This document shows positions 58,854 to 64,000 of a stretch of DNA of 64,000 bases, one piece after another. The stretch is from Verrucomicrobiota bacterium (GTDB lineage: Bacteria > Verrucomicrobiota > Verrucomicrobiia > Limisphaerales > UBA11358): positions 2,707 to 66,706 of the forward strand of contig JBEKMU010000013.1 of NCBI GenBank assembly GCA_049523555.1. The letters are read 5' to 3'. A program made the translations under genes and the position numbers. Position 1 is the first letter of the stretch, and every line of letters begins with the position of its first letter. The notes under the pieces are model-generated. The model searched no databases. It was not told where the DNA came from and saw only the letters and a program-made list of their open reading frames with translations.

Positions 58854-59914
58854 TTGACCCTCATCCACAGCACAACGGCCGTCACCAGAATGTTCGCGAG
58901 CGCCAGCGGCACGAACCGCCGCCAGCCCAGATCCATCAACTGGTCGTACCGGAAACGCGGCCACATCCAGCGCACCCAGATGAACAGCACCATGAACAAC
59001 AGCATCTTCACCAGGAAAATCAGGATGTGCGCGAGGCCCGCACCGAGCGTCGCCGCCGGACGGTCCAGCCCCCAGAATGGCAGCGTCCAGCCGCCGAAAA
59101 ACAGCGTCACCATCATCCCCGCCGACGCAATCATGTTGGAATATTCACCGAGGAAAAACAGCGCGAATTTCATCGAGCTGTATTCGGTGTGATAGCCGCC
59201 GACCAGTTCCTGCTCGGCTTCGGGAAAATCGAACGGCAGACGGTTTGTTTCCGCAAACGACGCAACCAAGAAAATGAGAAACGAGACCGGCGAGTAAAAC
59301 ACCAGCCAGCCGTGTTGCGCCTGCCAGCCGATGATCTGGCTCAGATTCAAATTGCCCACGATCAGCAGCACCGGAACCACCGACATGCCCATCGAAATTT
59401 CATAGGAAATCATCTGCGCGCTCGACCGGATGCCGCCGAGGAACGGATATTTCGAGTTCGCCGCGTAACCCGCCAGCACGATGCCATACACGCCCAGCGA
59501 CACGATGCCGAACGTGTAAAGGATGCCGATGTTCAAATCCGAGATGACCATTTGTTGATGGCCGAGTTGCGAACCAAACGGAATCACCGCAACGACCAAC
59601 ATCGAAGGAATCACCGCTATGGCCGGCGCGAGCCAGAAATAAATCTTTCGCACGCCCGCCGGCGTGAAATCCTCCTTGAGCATGAATTTCAAACCGTCCG
59701 CCAGCGGCTGGAAAAAACCGATGCGGGTCAGAAACGGCCCAACGACCGGAATATATTGGGCAAACGGCGGCGCCGTGCGGTTCGGCCCGACGCGGTCCTG
59801 AATCCACGCCGAAATTTTGCGCTCGGCCAGCACCGCATAGGCCACCATGCCCTGCACCACGCCGATGACCACGGCGATTTTGACTAGACTAAAGATGATG
59901 AAGTTCCAGTCCAT
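58850..59914 (-). CDS. nuoH: NADH-quinone oxidoreductase subunit H
   Basis: ERKISAWIQDRVGPNR and PFDFPEAEQELVGGYHTEYS. Confidence 0.95.
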   Translation of the reverse strand: MDWNFIIFSLVKIAVVIGVVQGMVAYAVLAERKISAWIQDRVGPNRTAPPFAQYIPVVGPFLTRIGFFQPLADGLKFMLKEDFTPAGVRKIYFWLAPAIAVIPSMLVVAVIPFGSQLGHQQMVISDLNIGILYTFGIVSLGVYGIVLAGYAANSKYPFLGGIRSSAQMISYEISMGMSVVPVLLIVGNLNLSQIIGWQAQHGWLVFYSPVSFLIFLVASFAETNRLPFDFPEAEQELVGGYHTEYSSMKFALFFLGEYSNMIASAGMMVTLFFGGWTLPFWGLDRPAATLGAGLAHILIFLVKMLLFMVLFIWVRWMWPRFRYDQLMDLGWRRFVPLALANILVTAVVLWMRVK

Positions 59915-59915
59915 T

Positions 59916-61664
59916 TTAGATTTTCACCGTCGCGCCCGTGTCACCGAGGCCCGCCCACGTCAAACCGTCGAACGCGGGCACGTCCTTCGCCATTTCGTTG
60001 AACAAACCCTCGATCGTCAGGAAACCGTCCTGGCCGGTGACGTTGTAAACCAAATCGTGCAAAAACTCCCACTCGGGCCGCGCGTCGCCGGGCGCCTCGA
60101 CCGCCTTCATGAATTTCTGAACGCGGCCTTTCGTGTTTGTGAACGTGCCGCGTTTCTCGACGTGCGCGCAGCCGGGCAAAAGGTAATGCGCCAGCTTCGT
60201 CGTTTCGTTCGGCAAAATGTCGCTAACGATGAGCGTGTCCAGTTTGCCGAGCAATTCGACGTCAATGCCGTTCTTGGTCACGTCCTCGCCGAAAACAATG
60301 AGTGTTTTGATTTTGCCGGCCCGGATGAATTCGGCGATCGGCCGCATTTTGATGCCCACGCTCGCCTGGCAAATGCCGATGAGCCGGGCACCGGTCTTGT
60401 TCGGATTGCGGTCGGCGTTCAGCAACAGCTTGTCGCCTTCGCCGAAACGTCCGACGGAATCGGTCATTGCCCCGAACTTGTCAGCCAGTTTTTTAAGCAG
60501 CCACAATTCCTCGTTCGTCTGCCGGGCCGAACCGATGATGGCGACCGAACCGTGCGCGGCCCGCTTAAGCTTCTCCGCGATTTCCGACAGTGCGGCAGTC
60601 CACGTTGTCTTTTGTAGGACAGGCATCTTGCCTGTCTCTGACTTTTCTTTAGATGGAGACAGGCTGGAAGCTTGTCCTACATTACGAATCAAGACGTCCT
60701 TCAAGCGATCTTCCCGACCGATCCACTTGTAGTTCAAGCGACCGTAATCACACATCCATGGACCGTTGACGGCGTCGTTCTCCCGGGGCGTGTAGCGGTA
60801 AACTTTTTCTTCGCGCGAGCCGATGATGATGTTGCAGCCGGTCGCGCAACTCGTGCAGATGCTCTTGGTTTCCTTGAGGAACCACACGCGCATTTGGAAA
60901 CGGAAATCCTTCGACGTGAGCGCGCCGACGGGACAAATATCCACAGTGTTCAGTGTGTAGTTGTTGTCGAATACCTTGCCCGGATAGGCGGTGAGCGTGC
61001 TGTAGCTGCCGCGATTGACGATGCCGAGCGCGTCGTCGCCCGCAATGTCCTTGGTGAACCGGATGCAGCGTGTGCAAAGGATGCAACGTTCGTCGTCGAG
61101 CACGATGCGCGGCCCGAGGTCAACCGTCTTGGGCTTGTGCACCTTCGGTTCCACAAAGCGGCTCGCGCTCTGGCCGTAATCCACCGAATATTCCTGCAGT
61201 TTGCATTCGCCCGCCTGGTCGCAAATCGGGCAATCGAGCGGATGGTTGATGAGCAGGAATTCCAGCACGCCCTCGCGCATTTGTTTCACGCCGGGTGTGT
61301 TCGTGTAAATTTCCATGCCGGGCGAAATCGGCGTGGCGCAGGCGATGGCTGGACGCGGCGATTTCATGATTTTCGGCGTGCCGTCGGGATTCAAAATCGG
61401 TTTGCGGTCCGGACCGAGCGCCGGTGTGCCGTACTCCACGAGGCACATGCGGCAATTGCCCGCTACGGGCAACTTCGAATGATAGCAATAATGCGGCACA
61501 TCCACCCTAGCCAGCTCGCACGCCTGAATCATCGTGGTGGGCGTCAACTTGCCGGACCAGTCCGCCGTGAGGCGCGGCACCTCGATTTCGCGCCCGTCCA
61601 CCTTCACCTTGATCTTTCCGACTGGTGGCGCGGGCTTCGTTTGCGTTGTGGCTGCGGTTGACAT
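59916..61664 (-). CDS. nuoG: NADH-quinone oxidoreductase subunit G (short form) carrying a repeat-derived in-frame insert
   Basis: The N-terminal 2Fe-2S/4Fe-4S motifs are CYHSKLPVAGNCRMCLV, HPLDCPICDQAGECKLQ and CILCTRCIRF. A molybdopterin-like domain follows. Confidence 0.93.
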   Translation of the reverse strand: MSTAATTQTKPAPPVGKIKVKVDGREIEVPRLTADWSGKLTPTTMIQACELARVDVPHYCYHSKLPVAGNCRMCLVEYGTPALGPDRKPILNPDGTPKIMKSPRPAIACATPISPGMEIYTNTPGVKQMREGVLEFLLINHPLDCPICDQAGECKLQEYSVDYGQSASRFVEPKVHKPKTVDLGPRIVLDDERCILCTRCIRFTKDIAGDDALGIVNRGSYSTLTAYPGKVFDNNYTLNTVDICPVGALTSKDFRFQMRVWFLKETKSICTSCATGCNIIIGSREEKVYRYTPRENDAVNGPWMCDYGRLNYKWIGREDRLKDVLIRNVGQASSLSPSKEKSETGKMPVLQKTTWTAALSEIAEKLKRAAHGSVAIIGSARQTNEELWLLKKLADKFGAMTDSVGRFGEGDKLLLNADRNPNKTGARLIGICQASVGIKMRPIAEFIRAGKIKTLIVFGEDVTKNGIDVELLGKLDTLIVSDILPNETTKLAHYLLPGCAHVEKRGTFTNTKGRVQKFMKAVEAPGDARPEWEFLHDLVYNVTGQDGFLTIEGLFNEMAKDVPAFDGLTWAGLGDTGATVKI

Positions 61665-61669
61665 GGCTA

Positions 61670-63103
61670 TCAGTGGTGCGCGGCGGCCAACTGTTTTTGT
61701 TCCGCCGGCTCGGCATTCTCCTTTGCGCGGCGCGCTTCATCGGCCGCGCCTTTGGCGACGAATTCATCCTTGAACTTCGCCACGAAACTTTGCACCGGCC
61801 ATGAGCAGGCCTCGCCGAATGCGCAAATCGTCCGACCGCCGGGAATGTTGTCGGCGATTTTCACCAGGTAATCGGCATCACTCGCGCGGCCTTCGCCATG
61901 CGTGAGACGATGGAGCGCCTTGCTCATCCAAAGCGAACCTTCGCGGCAGGGCGTGCATTGGCCGCAGCTTTCGTGCGCAAAGAACTCGCTGAGGTTGGCC
62001 AGCGCCTCCACGATGTCGGTTGAGTCATCAAGCACGATGATTGCTGCCGAACCGGACATGCTGCCCGCGGCGACGAGGCTGTCGAAATCGTAGGGCAAAT
62101 CCAGCACGTCCATATCCTGTACCGTTTCCCTGCCGTCCGGACTGCGCTTCCCAAGCTTCACTTTTTCGCCCGCCTTGAAAACCTTTGCCGATGCGCCGCC
62201 GGGGATGACGGCTTTCAACTGACGCCCGTCTCGCAACCCGCCGCCGAAGGCCGGATCGAAAATCAAATCGCGGAGCGTGACCTTGCCGGTCTCGATTTCG
62301 TAATAGCCGGGGCGCTTGACGTGGCCGCTAAGGCTGACGATGCGCGTGCCGGTGTTGTTGGGCGTACCGAGTTTGGCGAATTCCCCGCCGCCCATCGCGA
62401 CGATGTGTTTCACCGTGCAGAGCGTCTCGACATTGTTGACGATGGTCGGGCACATCCACAGGCCGAGCACCGCCGGAAAATACGGCGGCTTGATGCGCGG
62501 ATACGGCCGTTTGCCTTCGAGCGATTCGATGAGGCCGGTTTCCTCGCCGCAAATATAAGCGCCCGCGCCGCGGTGAATATAAATCTCCAGGTCGTAACCG
62601 GTGCCCAAAATGTTTTTGCCGAGGAAATGCTTCGCGCGAGCCTCGGCCAGCGTCTGGTTCAACCGCTTCGCGCCGTCGGGCATTTCGCCGCGGATGTAGA
62701 TGTAAGCCAAGTGCACATCGTTGGCGAAGCACGCGATGATGGTGCCTTCCAGCAATTGGTGCGGGTCTTTGTAAATGATCTGCCGATCCTTGAAGGTGCC
62801 TGGCTCAGACTCGTCGGCGTTGCAAATCAGGTAAATCGGCTTGCCGCTCTTGCGGTCAACGAAGCTCCACTTCAGTCCGCACGAGAAACCTGCACCACCA
62901 CGTCCGCGCAGGCCGGACGTCATCACGTCCTGACGGATTTGTTCCTGCGGCGACTGGGTTTTGCCATCGGGCAAGGTTTTCGGCTGAAGCGCGAGAGCCT
63001 TTTTCAGAACCTCATAGCCGCCGTGCCGCAAATAGCATTCGATGTCGGGCGTGTAACCCGGCTGGTCGGCGTATTTCAAAATCAATTTGTATTCCTGCGG
63101 CAT
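61670..63103 (-). CDS. nuoF: NADH-quinone oxidoreductase subunit F
   Basis: GLRGRGGAGFSCGLKW, the FMN/NADH motifs CNADESEPGTFKDR, and ESCGQCTPCREG. Confidence 0.96.
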   Translation of the reverse strand: MPQEYKLILKYADQPGYTPDIECYLRHGGYEVLKKALALQPKTLPDGKTQSPQEQIRQDVMTSGLRGRGGAGFSCGLKWSFVDRKSGKPIYLICNADESEPGTFKDRQIIYKDPHQLLEGTIIACFANDVHLAYIYIRGEMPDGAKRLNQTLAEARAKHFLGKNILGTGYDLEIYIHRGAGAYICGEETGLIESLEGKRPYPRIKPPYFPAVLGLWMCPTIVNNVETLCTVKHIVAMGGGEFAKLGTPNNTGTRIVSLSGHVKRPGYYEIETGKVTLRDLIFDPAFGGGLRDGRQLKAVIPGGASAKVFKAGEKVKLGKRSPDGRETVQDMDVLDLPYDFDSLVAAGSMSGSAAIIVLDDSTDIVEALANLSEFFAHESCGQCTPCREGSLWMSKALHRLTHGEGRASDADYLVKIADNIPGGRTICAFGEACSWPVQSFVAKFKDEFVAKGAADEARRAKENAEPAEQKQLAAAHH

Positions 63104-63110
63104 GGCTAAT

Positions 63111-63251
63111 CGCGTGATGCGTAATGCGTGATGCGTGAAAAAGTCGGGCAGGCGTCTCGCCTGCTCGCGCCGAGCGAAGCAAGGCAGGGAGATAGAAATG
63201 CCAAATGCTCGCGCTGATGCGCTCGCCGGGCAGGCGAGACGCCTGCCCTAC
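63111..63251. repeat. GTGATGCGT tandem plus 109-bp REPIN-like inverted doublet in the nuoF-nuoE spacer
   Basis: CGCGTGATGCGTAATGCGTGATGCGTGA. Then GTCGGGCAGGCGTCTCGCCTGC (63143..63164) and GGGCAGGCGAGACGCCTGCCCTAC (63228..63251). The arms are near-perfect reverse complements. Confidence 0.85.
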
Positions 63252-63304
63252 GTTGCCGGCTTGACTGGCCGATGAAACCCTTTAGCCTAGCCAACGCTCC
63301 GGCT

Positions 63305-63378
63305 TGCCCGATGGTGTAACGGTAGCACAGCAGACTCTGGATCTGTTTGTCATGGTTCAAATCCATGTCGGGCAGCCA
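63305..63378 (+). tRNA. tRNA-Gln (anticodon CTG), CCA-encoded
   Basis: I folded the cloverleaf by hand. Acceptor TGCCCGA/TCGGGCA has 7 perfect pairs. D arm is GTG-TAACGGTAG-CAC. Anticodon stem is GCAGA/TCTGT with loop CTCTGGA. Variable loop is 4 nt. T arm is CATGG-TTCAAAT-CCATG. Discriminator G is followed by CCA. U1-A72 and G73 fit Gln identity. Confidence 0.9.
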
Positions 63379-63387
63379 ACTTGCCAA

Positions 63388-63416
63388 GGCTGAAGGCTGA
63401 AGGCTGAAGGCTGAAT
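63388..63416. repeat. Heptamer tandem repeat (GGCTGAA x4)
   Basis: GGCTGAAGGCTGAAGGCTGAAGGCTGAA lies immediately downstream of the tRNA and upstream of the nuoE stop. Confidence 0.85.
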
Positions 63417-63425
63417 TGAACGTCT

Positions 63426-63959
63426 TCATTGGCATTTCCCCACAATCTCATCGGCCTTCGCGTGGCTGACGGCTTCGTAAAAGGCGTCGTTGCACAACAT
63501 CACCGGCGCGGTGCCGCAACTGGCGAGGCATTCGACAAATTCGACCGTGAACTTTCCATCCTTCGTCGTTTGCGGGCCGTGCTTGTGCGCGTCCAGACCC
63601 AGCCGCTCGCAAAAATGTTTGTGCAGTTCACACGCGCCGCCCAGCGCGCAGCTCAATGTCCGGCAAACTTTGATTTGATATTTGCCCATCGGCTCCTGCC
63701 GGAGCATCGGATAAAACGTCACCAATTCGTAAACGTTGATGGGCTGCAATTCGAGCTTCCGCGCCGTCCACTCGACCGCCTCCTGCGAAATCCAGCCGAA
63801 ATGCTCCTGAATGGCATGCAACACCATCAGCGACGCCGCGCGCTTCACCGGATAGTGCGTGATAAGCTCGTCAACCTCGGCTTCCAGCGTGGTCGGCACG
63901 GCAAAATCGCCCTGTTGCCGGAGTGGATTCGGAATGGGTTCGGTGTACGCGGCGTTCAT
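63426..63959 (-). CDS. nuoE: NADH-quinone oxidoreductase subunit E
   Basis: The 2Fe-2S motifs are CRTLSCALGG and ECLASCGTAPVM. The ATG at 63959 overlaps the nuoD stop (ATGA). The alternative ATG is at 63968. Confidence 0.93.
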   Translation of the reverse strand: MNAAYTEPIPNPLRQQGDFAVPTTLEAEVDELITHYPVKRAASLMVLHAIQEHFGWISQEAVEWTARKLELQPINVYELVTFYPMLRQEPMGKYQIKVCRTLSCALGGACELHKHFCERLGLDAHKHGPQTTKDGKFTVEFVECLASCGTAPVMLCNDAFYEAVSHAKADEIVGKCQ

Positions 63960-64000
63960 CGGTCGCATTCTCCCATGACAAAATCGAGCGATCCCAGGAT
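63956..64000 (-). CDS. nuoD: NADH-quinone oxidoreductase subunit D, 3' end only (runs off the window)
   Basis: The minus-strand translation ILGSLDFVMGECDR-stop matches the conserved NuoD C-terminus (IxGSxDxVxGExDR). Confidence 0.8.
   Translation of the reverse strand: MLGSLDFVMGECDR

Noticed and set aside
63106-63435. 109-aa minus-strand ORF in the nuoF-nuoE spacer.
   Set aside because: It is made of the tandem and REPIN repeats and runs antisense through the tRNA-Gln gene. It has no protein-like features.

Overview
This is a GC-rich bacterial chromosomal segment with about 55 protein genes, one tRNA and no rRNA, CRISPR, transposase or integrase. All calls rest on reading the ORF translations and DNA by eye; no searches were run. 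The likely source is Verrucomicrobiota or a close relative. That inference rests on Gloeo_Verruco-type repeats, a DUF1559 H-X9-DG prepilin-like protein, and many hairpin repeats.

Most genes are housekeeping:
- Amino-acid and tRNA charging: TrpB-like enzyme, cimA, hisC, valS, leuS.
- Cofactor and nucleotide metabolism: IMPase, rdgB, coaX, birA, nadC.
- Methyl cycle: metK and ahcY.
- Central carbon and redox: pta, pyk, ferredoxin.
- Respiration: a minus-strand nuoD(partial)-E-F-G-H-I-J-K-L-M-N cluster.

Accessory content:
- A 1683-aa secreted sedolisin fused to two different seven-bladed repeat arrays.
- A NarL-type two-component pair.
- A Kef-type antiporter.
- A TAT-exported DUF362 protein with a polyferredoxin.
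- A MacAB-like efflux set, followed by a PQQ-propeller protein and an MBL-fold protein.
- A module of two tandem paralogs, LemA, a rhombotail lipoprotein and a rhombosortase.

The most unusual signal is the load of short palindromic REP/REPIN-like elements, many ending in GTAG...CTAC. They fill intergenic gaps, including gaps inside the nuo cluster. Copies also sit in frame inside essential genes (nuoG, leuS, valS, nadC, an IMPase gene, rdgB).

Other points worth a second look:
- ahcY is split by a frameshift inside an extra segment of about 100 nt.
- A SahR-like ArsR/methyltransferase regulator is divergent from metK-ahcY, with a 20-bp palindrome between them.
- A tRNA-Gln(CUG) lies antisense between nuoF and nuoE.
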